This document shows positions 1 to 10,900 of a stretch of DNA of 32,000 nt, one piece after another. The notes beneath the pieces are model-generated. The model was not told the origin of the DNA. It made no database searches and saw only the letters and a program-made list of their open reading frames with translations. A program made the position numbers and the translations under genes. The stretch comes from Delftia acidovorans NBRC 14950 (lineage in GTDB: Bacteria; Pseudomonadota; Gammaproteobacteria; Burkholderiales; Burkholderiaceae_C), in the NCBI RefSeq assembly GCF_001598795.1, contig NZ_BCZP01000014.1, positions 60,001-92,000 of the forward strand, read 5' to 3'. Each line of letters opens with the position of its first letter. Position 1 is the first letter of the stretch.

Positions 1-1
1 C

Positions 2-610
2 GTGGGTGACGAACTCCTGCATCACCTTGCGGCCCAGGTGGCGCGGGTCCTTGATCTGGCTGTAGAGCTTGCCGTCGGAGAAGGTGCCTGCGCCGCCTTC
101 GCCGAACTGCACATTGGACTCGGGCACCAGCTCGCGCTTGCGCCACAGGCCCCAGGTGTCCTGGGTGCGCTCGCGCACCGAGCGGCCGCGCTCGATCACG
201 ATGGGCCTGAAGCCCATCTGCGCCAGCACCAGGGCCGCAAAGATGCCGCAGGGCCCGAAGCCCACCACCACGGGCCGGCGCTGCAGGTCGGCAGGCGCCT
301 GGCCCACGGCATGCCAGCGCATGTCGGGCGTGGGGTTCACATGGGCATGGCTGGAGAACTGCTCCAGCAGTGCGGCTTCCTGGCTCTCGTCGGCCAGCGT
401 CAGGTCCACGATGTAGACGGCCAGCAGCTCGGACTTGCGCGCATCGAAGCTGCGCTTGTGCACGTGCACGGAGGCAATGGCCTCCTCGGCAATGCCCAAC
501 TGGCGCGCGGCCAGGGCGCGCAGCGGCTCCAGGGGCAGATATTCGGTGTGGCTGTCGGGGTGGTATTGCACCGCCGACAGGGGCAGTTTCAGTTCAGAGA
601 CGCGGATCAT
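2..610 (-). CDS. FAD/NAD(P)-dependent oxidoreductase (COG2509-like), N-terminal 203 codons. The gene continues past the window start.
   Basis: Absent from the supplied track because it is open at the window edge. Hand translation of the reverse complement from ATG 610-608 reads MIRVSELKLPLSAVQYHPDS...RRPVVVGFGPCGIFAALVLAQMGFRPIVIERG...QFGEGGAGTFSDGKLY. This shows a GxGxxG dinucleotide-binding fold followed by the GAGTFSDGK motif of this family. The frame was checked at two places relative to the ATG. Confidence 0.8.
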   Translation of the reverse strand, partial: MIRVSELKLPLSAVQYHPDSHTEYLPLEPLRALAARQLGIAEEAIASVHVHKRSFDARKSELLAVYIVDLTLADESQEAALLEQFSSHAHVNPTPDMRWHAVGQAPADLQRRPVVVGFGPCGIFAALVLAQMGFRPIVIERGRSVRERTQDTWGLWRKRELVPESNVQFGEGGAGTFSDGKLYSQIKDPRHLGRKVMQEFVTH

Positions 611-1168
611 GGCTTGTACCTATCAAGCAGAGGGCCGGCGATGGTAAGGCAAAGCAGCGCCCGGCACAGGCGGCAGCGGCTACATCCATGGAGCGTGCTC
701 GGGTTCGCAAAGGCCAGGCGGGCGTGCGTGCGGGGCAGGCGGCCGGCGGGCCTGAAACACTGAAACACCAAGGGACTGGGACCGGGCCGCAAACCTTCGA
801 TGCATTGGCCCAGGCTTGCGGGAAATGCAAGGCATGCGAATGCATGTGCCCGATGACTGCAATGGGCGCTTTGCTGGTGATATCAATAGCATGCCAATCA
901 ATAGGCGAACTTTTGATTCTCCCCATGAGAATCAGAAAATTCCTAGAAGGAAAATCCCATTGTCAAAAAAGGTGTATTTGCTGGAGAGGCGATTTCCAGG
1001 ATCATTTGATCCCTCCATCAGTTTCCTGCGGGCATAGCCGGAAGCTTTTGGGGCTTTTTCAAGAGAGGGTTGCCGGCAAGGGAAGCCATATGCGGGCAAT
1101 GGAGTTCAACCAGATTGACATGCTGGCCTCAATTCCGGGTGCGCGGGTATTGAGGCTGGTTACGCCAT

Positions 1169-3133
1169 ATGAAAAAAACAATGGGAGGCGCCGCGCTCCG
1201 CGGCGCATTGGGAGTCATCGCCTGCGGGCTGGCAGGGGTGGGTGCCGTCCGGTCGGAAGTGGTATCCCGGGTCACGGCCCTGCCAGAGTCCGCCACGCGG
1301 GTGAACATGGGTGATGGCGGCCGCGTTCAGGTCACGCCGGCCCAGGTCAAGGACGGTGTTTCATACAACGGCTTCAGCCAGTTCGATGTGGGCAAGGCCG
1401 GGCTCACGTTCCTGAATGAGGGCGTCAAGGCACGGACCATCGTGGCCGAGGTGTTCTCCGCTGCGCCCTCCCATATCACAGGAACCATCGATGTCAATGG
1501 CCCCCGCGCCAATCTGATTTTTGCGAATCAGAACGGCATCCGCGTCAATGGCGGCAGCTTTGTCAATTTCGGCAGCGTTGCGCTGACCACGGGCGCCGTG
1601 ACGCTGCGCGATCAATTGCAGCCCTCGGGTTATGTCCAGCGGCTGGTGGATGTCCATACCAAGCAGGGCGAGATCGTGATTGGCGAGCAAGGGGTGTCAG
1701 GCAATCTGATCCGTCTGGAGATGATCGCCAAAAGCATTGCCCTGCAGGGTGCCGTCACCAACGAGTTCTCATCATCAAGCGCCCTGGTCCGCATGGTGGC
1801 CGGGGAATCCACGGCCCAGTTCGATACGGCGGCGTCGCCAACGGACAACTTGACGCCATGGGTCTACTACGAGGGAGGGAAGGCGCGCAGCACCGCATTG
1901 GCGGTGGACCTGAATGCGGATTCCAAGGTCACCTCCGGGCGTATCGAGATTCTGGTGACCGACCAGGGCGCCGGTGTGCGCAACCAGGGGCAGATGGTGG
2001 CCTCGGCCGGGGATTTCCGGCTGACCAGCACGGGACAGCTGGAGCAGATCGGCGGCAAGGTGCAGGCCCAGGGGCAGGTGGACATACGCTCCCGGGATAT
2101 CGCGCTGGGTTCGCGCGGCGACGAGACCAGCCTGCTGGCGGCCGGCAGCCGTGTCCGCCTCGAGGCCGAAGGGGCCATCCGCAACCTGGGCGGCGAGATC
2201 TCCGGCCAGCAAGGCGTGGGCGAGGCAGAGGATGCCCATGCCGTCGTGCTCAAGGCCGGTGGCGGCATAGAGCACAGGACGCCCGTGGGGGCCGCGAAAA
2301 CCGCGCTGATCTTCGGCAAGGAAGGCTCCGTGCTGCTGGACAGCGGGCAGGGCGTGGATTCCATCAACGCACGCATCGTATCCAACAGCGATCTGGTCAT
2401 TCGGGGAGCTGCGGATGTGCGCAACGAAAGCGTGCACATCGCCGGTGCCGGCCTGGAAGATTGGGCATCGCACAGCGTCTTCAAGCGCAGGAAAGGCTAC
2501 AGCGTGGACATGGGCGAGCTGGCCGATCCTGCCAACCAGGCCTACTGGGTGGCGCAAGGCAATGTGCAGGTCACGGCGCGCAACTTCTCCAACCTGGGCG
2601 GCCATGTGTTCTCCAACCAGGGCGGCATCAAGATAGAGGCGCAAGAGAGCGTCGTGACCAAGGCGCACAGCATTGGCGGATTCGAATACCGGCAAAGCTG
2701 CTTCCTGTTCGTCTGCAGGCGCACAGCCTCCTCCAACGAGGCGCTGGTGGGCGGGCAGATCATGGGCGCCGAATCGGTCGATATACGTGCTGGCGGGAAG
2801 ATCCTCAACGATGCCGGCCAGGTCTACGCAGGCAAGGGCATGACCCTGGAGGCTCCCGAGATCATCGCGCGAGGGCGCCCCGTGCATACCGTCATCCTGC
2901 GCGACAAGGGCCTCAAGGCCCTGTTCGGCGACACCTGGGCCAGGATCTATGCCACGGACCAGGGCGGCAGCTACACCGTCCAGCAAGGACGGCTGGTTCT
3001 CAAGGGGCTGGCATACCAGGATGGCGGGGTGTTGCAAGCCTCCGAAGGCGTGGACGGCGCCATCGAGGTGATTCGCAAGCCTTCCCGAGATGCGGTGCGC
3101 ATCGAGGACCACCTCGGCATCTTCTGGTGGTGA
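1169..3133 (+). CDS. Short TPS-domain exoprotein (filamentous-haemagglutinin N-terminal domain protein, 654 aa); a second TpsA-type cargo.
   Basis: The N-terminus MKKTMGGAALRGALGVIACGLAGVGA looks like a signal peptide. A TPS-like core follows: DGVSYNGFSQFDVGKAGLTFLNEGVKARTIVAEVFSAAPSHITGTIDVNGPRANLIFANQNGIRVNGG, where ANQNGI corresponds to the NPNGI motif; no NPNL loop is seen. The remainder is beta-helix-like G/A/V-rich repeats. The stop lies 5 nt before the tpsB ATG. Confidence 0.8.
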   Translation: MKKTMGGAALRGALGVIACGLAGVGAVRSEVVSRVTALPESATRVNMGDGGRVQVTPAQVKDGVSYNGFSQFDVGKAGLTFLNEGVKARTIVAEVFSAAPSHITGTIDVNGPRANLIFANQNGIRVNGGSFVNFGSVALTTGAVTLRDQLQPSGYVQRLVDVHTKQGEIVIGEQGVSGNLIRLEMIAKSIALQGAVTNEFSSSSALVRMVAGESTAQFDTAASPTDNLTPWVYYEGGKARSTALAVDLNADSKVTSGRIEILVTDQGAGVRNQGQMVASAGDFRLTSTGQLEQIGGKVQAQGQVDIRSRDIALGSRGDETSLLAAGSRVRLEAEGAIRNLGGEISGQQGVGEAEDAHAVVLKAGGGIEHRTPVGAAKTALIFGKEGSVLLDSGQGVDSINARIVSNSDLVIRGAADVRNESVHIAGAGLEDWASHSVFKRRKGYSVDMGELADPANQAYWVAQGNVQVTARNFSNLGGHVFSNQGGIKIEAQESVVTKAHSIGGFEYRQSCFLFVCRRTASSNEALVGGQIMGAESVDIRAGGKILNDAGQVYAGKGMTLEAPEIIARGRPVHTVILRDKGLKALFGDTWARIYATDQGGSYTVQQGRLVLKGLAYQDGGVLQASEGVDGAIEVIRKPSRDAVRIEDHLGIFWW

Positions 3134-3138
3134 ACCGC

Positions 3139-4836
3139 ATGAGCCACTGGATCTCCGCCGCGGGCATCTGCGCGCTGGCCCTCAGCCCGATGCTCGTCCA
3201 TGCACAGTCCGTGTCTGCGCGCGACCCCAACGACCAGATCATCCGCGAGCAGCAGGAAAAACTGCGCGAGGAAATGCTGCGCCGCTCCGCACCCGCCAGC
3301 ATTGAATTCGAGCAACCCGCTGCCGCAGCCGCAGGCATGGAAGACCGATTCCCCGAAGGCCTGCAGCCCCAGGGACCGGCCTTTCCCATTCATACCATCA
3401 GGCAAGACGGCATGGCGTTGCTGCCGGAGGCTGTCTTTGCCAGGGTCACCGCGCCCTTTGTCGGCCGCTCGATCGGGGTCGAACACATCAACGTGCTGCT
3501 GGAGCGGGTCAACCGGGCCCTGATCGCTGCGGGCTACACCACCTCGCGTGCCTACGTGGGCAACCAGAGCCTGCAGGAGGGCGTGCTGTCCCTCACCATC
3601 GTGCCGGGCCGCATCGAGCAATTGCTGTTCAACGGCACCCCCGTCGGTCTCGGCGACGATCAGGCGCTGGGCGTGCATCTGGCCCTTGCCATGAAGCAGG
3701 GCGACGTGCTGCGCCTGCGCGACATCGAGCAGTCGGTGGACCAGTTCAACCGCCTCAGGCGCAACAACGTGCAGGTGCAGATCCGCCCGGGCACGCAGCC
3801 GGGCGGCTCCATCGTCGAGTTCGTCAACCAGGCGGGCCAGGCCGCGCGCTACAACGTCTCGCTGGACAACCAGGGCGCGGCCGCCACCGGCCGCCTTCGC
3901 GTGCAGCTGGGCCTGGATGCCGGCAATGTGCTGGGCCTGATGGAGTCGCTGGGCGCCGGCCTGACCACCAGCACGGAAACCAACGCCCTGTATGGCACCT
4001 TCTCCGTGCCGCTGGGCTACGCCACGCTGTCGGCCATGGCTTCCGTGTCGGAATACCAGAACCTCATTGGCGACACCGCCCTGGTCCACGGCACATCGAA
4101 GACCTACACGCTGTCGCTGAGCCGCCTGCTGCAGCGCGACCAGAACAGCAAGACGGCCATGGACCTGAGCTTCTCGCACCGCAAGTCCGAGCGTTCCGTC
4201 AACAACATCTCGCTCAGCCCGCAGACCCAGGCCGTGCTGCGCCTGGGCATCAACCGCCTCACGCGCTTTCAAGCCGGACAGGGGCTGGGCCAGTGGACGG
4301 TGGATGCGGGCATCTCGCGCGGCATGCCCTGGCTGGACACCAACCGCGACCCGGCCGACCTGCCCCGGGAGGCCGCCCGCTACCGGTTCACCAAGCTGGA
4401 GCTGTCGGCATCGGTCGAGCGGCCGTTGGGCAGCCTCCTGACCTGGCGCTCGCGTGCGTTGGGCCAATGGAGCCGGCATCCGTTGTACTCGTCCGAGCAG
4501 ATCTTCGCCGGAGGCGTGGGCAGCGTGCGCGGATTTCCCGAATCGGCCGTTGGCGGCGACAAGGGCATGGTCTGGCGCAATGAATGGGCGTTGCAGCGGC
4601 CGCCCCAGATCCTGGGCGGGCAGATCCGCTACGAGCCTTACCTGTTTGTGGATGCGGCGCGGCTGTCCACCGTTGCAGACAGCCGCTCGCATGCCCTGGC
4701 CAGCGCGGGAGGCGGGCTGCGCATCGCCTTCGCGGGCGGCTTCGCCGAGCTGATCGCGGGCAAGCCGTTGCGCACACCCAGTGAAATGCCCAAGCCAGGC
4801 TGGCGTGTCAATGCCAGCCTGGCCTACCAGTTCTAG
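3139..4836 (+). CDS. cdiB: TpsB / CdiB outer-membrane two-partner-secretion transporter (ShlB/FhaC/HecB family), 565 aa.
   Basis: The true start is ATG 3139, in frame within track ORF 1858..4836. Signal peptide MSHWISAAGICALALSPMLVHAQS. POTRA-like segment FPIHTIRQDG...GYTTSRAYVGNQSLQEGVLSLTIVPGRIEQLLFNG. Conserved loop-6 motif GSVRGF. Barrel terminus ...NASLAYQF ending in an aromatic residue. Confidence 0.9.
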   Translation: MSHWISAAGICALALSPMLVHAQSVSARDPNDQIIREQQEKLREEMLRRSAPASIEFEQPAAAAAGMEDRFPEGLQPQGPAFPIHTIRQDGMALLPEAVFARVTAPFVGRSIGVEHINVLLERVNRALIAAGYTTSRAYVGNQSLQEGVLSLTIVPGRIEQLLFNGTPVGLGDDQALGVHLALAMKQGDVLRLRDIEQSVDQFNRLRRNNVQVQIRPGTQPGGSIVEFVNQAGQAARYNVSLDNQGAAATGRLRVQLGLDAGNVLGLMESLGAGLTTSTETNALYGTFSVPLGYATLSAMASVSEYQNLIGDTALVHGTSKTYTLSLSRLLQRDQNSKTAMDLSFSHRKSERSVNNISLSPQTQAVLRLGINRLTRFQAGQGLGQWTVDAGISRGMPWLDTNRDPADLPREAARYRFTKLELSASVERPLGSLLTWRSRALGQWSRHPLYSSEQIFAGGVGSVRGFPESAVGGDKGMVWRNEWALQRPPQILGGQIRYEPYLFVDAARLSTVADSRSHALASAGGGLRIAFAGGFAELIAGKPLRTPSEMPKPGWRVNASLAYQF

Positions 4837-4905
4837 CGCTGTAACGCCCGCACAGGCGCACCGACCGCAAGACAGCAGCAACACAGAGACAGACAAGACA
4901 GAGCA

Positions 4906-7900
4906 ATGAAGAGGGAGCCCAGCATGCATGCACCGACCATGAGCCAGCAAAACCAACAGTCCTCCCCTGTGCCCGAGGAATCGAGAACCGCGCACCGCGC
5001 CCCTCGTTGGGCCCGGCGCACGGCGGCGTTCATGGCCGCTGTTTTCTGGTTGACTCAACTGCAACTGGTCATGGTTGGTACCGCTCAGGCCCAGCCGCAG
5101 CCGCCGGCCGGGCCAATCGCGGGCCCATTCGGCGGACCCATTGCCGACCCGCGCGCGCCGATGGCCTTCCAGCCCGGCATCCAGTCGCTGCCGGGTGGCG
5201 GTGCCCTGGTCAACATCACGGCGCCCAATGCGGCCGGGACCTCGCTCAACCAGTACGAACGCTTCGATGTGCCCACGTCCGGAGTCGTCCTCAACAACAG
5301 CCTCATCGGTGGCACCCCGCTGCTGGGCGGCACGGCAACGGCCAATCCGAACCTGTCCGGCGGACGCACGGCCAACACCATCGTCAACGAGGTCACCGTC
5401 ACCGGAACACCCGGCCAGATGCGGGGCACGGTGGAGGTTTTCGGCGCGCCCGCCACCGTCATCATCGCCAACCCCAACGGCATCACCTGCGATGGTTGCG
5501 GCGTGGTCAACACGCCCCGGCTCACCCTGAGCACGGGCCGGCCCACCTGGCTGGATGCCAACGGACAGGGCAGCACGTTCCAGGACGCGAAAAAGCAGGG
5601 CTTCGACGTGAACGGCGGCCGCATCGACGTGCGCGGCACCGGCATCGAGGGCACCGTGGGCCAGCTCGACCTGATCGGCGAGATGCTGAGCATCGACGCT
5701 CCCCTGCGCGCCCACTACCTGAACCAGGACATCTCCAGCATCAACCTGACGGCAGGCAAGACGCCCGCCATGCCGGGCTCCGCGCGTGCCGCTTCTGAAT
5801 CCCCGCAGTCCCCGCAGACCCCGGCTCCAGCGCAGTCGGGCCGGGCCCTGGCCATCGATGCCACGGCCCTCGGGGCCATGACCGCAGGCCAGATCCGTGT
5901 CATCTCCACCGATGCCGGCATGGGCGTCAACCTGCAGGGCCCGCTTCTGGCCTACCAGCGCGACGTGGAGATCCAGAGCGCTGGCCGCGTGAGCACGGGT
6001 TCCCTGGCTTCGGCACGGGACATCCGCATCGACAGCGATGGCTATGTCAGCGTTGCTGGAGAAGTCTCTGCGGGCAAGCAACTGCAGGTCAGCGGCCGCG
6101 ATGGCATGCAGTTCAACGGACCCGTTCAGGCGCAGGGCGACATCCGGCTGCAAAGCGCGCAGGGCGGCATCGCCGTGAGCGGCGATCTCGTGACCGCCGG
6201 CAGCCTGCAGGCGCGTGCGGGTGGCGACCTGCAGATGGGTTCTGGCGCAAGCACCGTGCAGGTTGCGGGCGCCACCACACTGGGTGGCAAAAACGTCCAC
6301 CAGACCGGCAAGCTGCTGGTGGGTGGCGACCTGGCCATCGACGCGGGCGAAGGTGCGTCCCTGGGCGGCGTCACCGCAGTCGCGGGCAGCCTGGACATGC
6401 GGGCCGGCCAAGGTGCGTTGCTGTCGGGGCAGTTGCAGGTCAACCGCAGCGCCAAGGTTTCGGCCGACACCATCGACGTCACGGGACGCAGCGTCGTTGG
6501 CGAGAACTTCCAGCTCGACGGTGTTCGATCGGTTGGCCTCATCGGCAGTGCCCAGGTGGGCCAGTCGCTGAGCATGAAGGCGGGCACCGTGGGCATCAAC
6601 GGTGACATCTCGGCCGGCGAAACCAATGTGGACGCCAGCCGGGTCGATCTCGGCAGCATGGAAAAAGGCCTGTCCATCGGCGGCGACCTGAACCTGCGCG
6701 TCGGCGACTCCCTGCATGCGCGTGGCGATGTCAGTGTCACGGGCAGCGCGAATCTTTCCAGCGGGGGCGACGCCCGGTTCGACGGTGCCATCACTGCCGG
6801 GCGCGACCTGGGCCTGAGCGCGGGTGGCGACCTGACCATGGCCGGCCCGGTCACATCGGGCGGCAAGGCCAGCTTCAATGCCGCAGGCAACCTCACGGCG
6901 CACGGCGACATCCTTGCGGGCGGCGGCATCACGGGTAAGGCGGGCGGGGACATCCGCCTGGGCGGGCAGGTGGGCTCGGCCGGTTCCCAGCAATGGAGTG
7001 CGGGCGGCGACTTCTCTGCCGACAAGGGCATGGAGGCTGCGGGCCTGTCCGTCGAGGGCCGCAACATCCGCATCGCCGGCGATGTGCTGTCCCAGGGCGC
7101 CGTCAACATGAAGGCAGGCCAGAAGCTCCAGCTGGGAGGCGACTTGCGCTCGGCAGGCAGCACCACCCTGAGCGCCGGCGCCGAAGGCATCACCGCCAAG
7201 TCCATCCTCACCAACGAAGACCTCGACATCCGCAGCCAGGGCAACATCGCCCTGGAGCAGGCGCAGGCCGCGCGCGACGTGCGCCTGGAATCCTCGACGG
7301 GCAGCATTGCAACGGGCAACCTGCTGGCCGGGCGCGATGCCGGCGTGACTGCGGCGGGCAATGTACTCGTCGATGGAACACTGCATGCCGGGCGCGATGC
7401 GCGCATTGCCGCCAAGGGTGATACCACCGTGCGCGGCGATGCCTTCGCCGGGCGCGACGTGGCGCTGGCTGGCAGCTCCATCAGCCTCGACAAGGGCCTG
7501 CAGGCCGGTGGAGGCATGCAACTGGAGGCCGGGGATGGCGGCATCGCCAGCCGGGGCCAGCTGGTTGCCAACCGGGGCATCACCGCCCTGTCCGCAGGCC
7601 AGATCGACGTCCAGGGGCCGGTGCTCTCCGGAGAGAACCTGCAACTGCGCGCAGGCCGTGACATCACGGTGGCGGGCGACATCGCGGCCATGGGCACCAT
7701 GGACATCCGGTCGGCACAGGCCCTCAAGGCCGAACGCCTGCAGGCCGGCGCCGATCTTGACGTTGCGGCTGCATCCGTCCACACCCGCAGCGTGCTGGCG
7801 CAGGGCCAGGCCACGCTGCGCGCCGACGATGCCCTGCGCATCCAGGGCGACCTGATGGGCGCCGGCATCGACGCCACGGCGCGCACGGGTGCCATCTCCG

Positions 7901-10900
7901 TCACCGGCACGGTGGCTACGCCAGGGTCGCTGAGCCTCAAGGCCGGCACCGATGCCGAGGCCGGCAAGGTGGTGGCCGGCACGGCCGACGGCCAGGCTGC
8001 CGTGATCGACGCGGGCGGCAACATCCGCCTGCAAAGCCTGGAGACCGGCGGCGCCTACCAGGCCCGCGCGGGAGGCAGCCACGAGGTGGCAGGCGCGGCC
8101 ACCGTCCAGGGACCGGCCGACATCGCCGCTGGCGCGGACATCACCGTGGGTGCAGATGCAGCCTTCGGCCAGGGCCTGGCCGCGAATGCCGGCGGACGCA
8201 TTGCCGTGGCCGGCGACACCCTGGTGCTGGGCGATGCACGCCTGCAAAGCGGAGCGGGCCAAAGCTACGGCGAGACTTCGGGCGGCAAGGCGGGCGGGCA
8301 GATGCGCGTCACCGGCAGGCTCGATGCCAGCGCCGGCCAGGGCTTCGCCGTGGGCAAGGAGCTGCGCGTCAACGACGGCATGGACATCGAGGCCAAGGCC
8401 GGTGCCATCGACGTGGGCGGCGGCCTCGCCACGCTGGGCGATGCGCGCCTGCAGGGCTCGGACGGCGTGCGCGTGGGCGGCGACCTGCAACTGCGCAAGG
8501 GTGAGCTTGCCAGCTCCGGCGGCGCCATCGCCATTGCAGGCAAGGTCTCTGCCGAGCAGGACCTGGGACTGAAGTCCCGGGGTGACATTGCCATTGGCGG
8601 TGCCACCGTCGCGCAAGGCCGGCTCACCGCCCGCAGCGAGGCTGGCAGCATCGGCTTTGGCGGCAACCTCGACGTGGCCGGCGACTTCGACGCCCATGCG
8701 GCGCAGAACCTGAGCTTTGAAGGCAACAGCCTCTTCCTGGGCGAGGCCCGGCTCAAGGCGGACAACGGTGCCATCCGCAACCGGGGCGACATGACCTTCG
8801 CTAAGGCGGTGGACATCGACACCGGCGGCGATCTCTCCAACGAAGGCCTGATCCAGTCGCGGCAGGACATCTCCATCCGCGCCCGCAATATCGACAGCAA
8901 CCTGGCCCGCGCTGGCGGCATCGTCACACCGGGCCAACTCACCGTCCAGGCCGGGGGCGCCACGCGCCTGGGCAGCCAGGGCAAATTCAGCGCCGGGCAG
9001 GACATGGCGCTGCAGGCGGCCGGCGGCACCAGCAGCCAGGGCACCCTCCAGGCGGGTGGCAAGCTCACCCACACCGGCTCCCTGTCGAGCAGCGGCAGCG
9101 TCGTGGCCGACGACATCACCATCGACGGCGCGCTGGGCAACCAGGGCGGCAGCGTCTATGCCCAGGGCAGCCTGGGCGTCTCGGGCAGCACCAGCAACAG
9201 CGGCAACATTGCCGCCAGCACCATCACCATGGCCGCCTTGGACAACAGCGGCCAGATCGGTGCGCAGGGCATCTCCCTGGGCGCCACCGGCAACTCGGGC
9301 AGCATCTCCGGCTCCAGCGTGGGCATAGATGGCAGCCTGAGCAACAGCGGCAGCATAGGCGCCAGCGGCTCGCTCGGCGTCTATGGCGGCTCCATCTCCA
9401 ACAGCGGCTCCCTGGCGGGCGGCGACGTCACCCTCAGCGGCAGCAGCATAGGCAACGATGGACAGATCCAGTCCTCGGGCTCCCTGAGCATCTCGGGCGG
9501 CAGCTTCGACAACGGGCTGACCGAATCGCGCAGCTGTGTCTCGGCCAGCGGCTGCGGCGCGGGCTCCGCCCCTGAAGACTGGCGCTACAGCCAGACCCCG
9601 GGCACCGTGCATGCGGGCGGTGCGCTCACCGTCAACGTCGGCAGCATGACCAACAAGGGCGTGGTCAGCGCAGGCAGCAGCGTCAATATCCAGGGCAGCC
9701 TCAATAACACGCGCAGCGTCAACGACCCCTACACTTCCGCAGGCGCCAGTGGTGGCGCCAGCACCGGCATCATCTCGGCCGGTGGCGACCTCACCATCTC
9801 GGGCCCCTCCGTGCAGAACGCGGGCGGGCAGATGCAGGCAGGCGGCGCCGTCAACATCACATCGGCCGGTGCCTTCAGCAATGGCGCCCCGGCCGAAGGG
9901 GTGACCGGCCAGATCCAGGGCAGCAGCGTCACCATCAACGCCGCCAGCATCGACAACCAGGGCACGCTGCTGGCCAAGAGCGGCGATGCGAAGCTCACCG
10001 CCAGCTCCGGCGGCATTGCCAACACCGGCACGGTGGCCGCCAGCGGCGGCCTGCAACTGCAGGCCAGCGGCGCGGTCAGCAACGGCGACGGTGCCAACCT
10101 GCTGGGCCAGGACATCCGCATCAAGGGCTCGGGTTTCAGCAACCAGGGTACGGTCTATGGCCAGGGCGGCGCGCCCGGCGAGATCGACATCAACACCACG
10201 GGTGGCTTCAGCAACAGCGGTGGCACACTTGTGGCGGGCGGCAAGCTCAACATCCAGTCCGGCGGCTACAGCAACAGCGGCGGCACCGTGGGCAGCCTGG
10301 GCGACGCCACCCTCACCATGGCAGGCGCCTATGGAGCCACCGGCAACGAACTGCTGGCCCTGGGCCACCTTCAGCTCAACGTGGGCGGCATCAACGTGGG
10401 CGCCTCGGAAAGCTGGTCCTATGGCGGCAGCTCCGTCGCCTGGACCGGCACCCTGCGCAACCAGGGCAGCGTCGCCATCGCCGGCAGTGCCAGCGGTTCC
10501 ATCCACAACGAAGCCACGGGCACGCGCAGGGGCAGCGGCGAACCCGACGTGCGCGACGGCACCTACGAGGTGCCCGACTACCCGGCCGCGCTGGCCGACC
10601 TCAAGGAAGTGCGCGTCATCGGCTACACCGACGTGGCGCAGCGCGCGCAGCTGTACATCGGCGGCGGCTTCGACGGCTCCCTGGTCAATGAGGCCTCGGA
10701 CGCCAGCGTGGGTGGCGGCAGCATCGAGCAGCGCAAGAAGAACCAGACCATCACCTGGGAGGGCAAGAACGCCGACGGGGACATCGTCACCGTCGAAGGC
10801 CTGGCCCGCAGCGTGCCGCGCCTGAACACCGGCAGCGGCAGCTCCACCATCACTCTGGTCGGGCCCGATACCGGCACCATCGTCGGCGATGCCATCACCA

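Noticed and set aside
816-1037. A 73-aa ORF in the region upstream of the TPS operon.
   Set aside because: It has no ribosome-binding site, no recognisable fold or motif, and mixed composition. It is more likely promoter or leader DNA.
2-1314. Plus-strand ORFs 2..763, 69..416 and 370..1314.
   Set aside because: They lie opposite the clearly recognisable FAD oxidoreductase N-terminus or run through the intergenic region. Composition is Arg/Ala/Gly-rich and no motifs are present.
1858-3138. A 427-codon upstream extension of the cdiB reading frame (track ORF 1858..4836).
   Set aside because: The extension overlaps the short TpsA gene in another frame and is Arg/Gly/Pro-rich nonsense. A proper signal peptide begins at ATG 3139.
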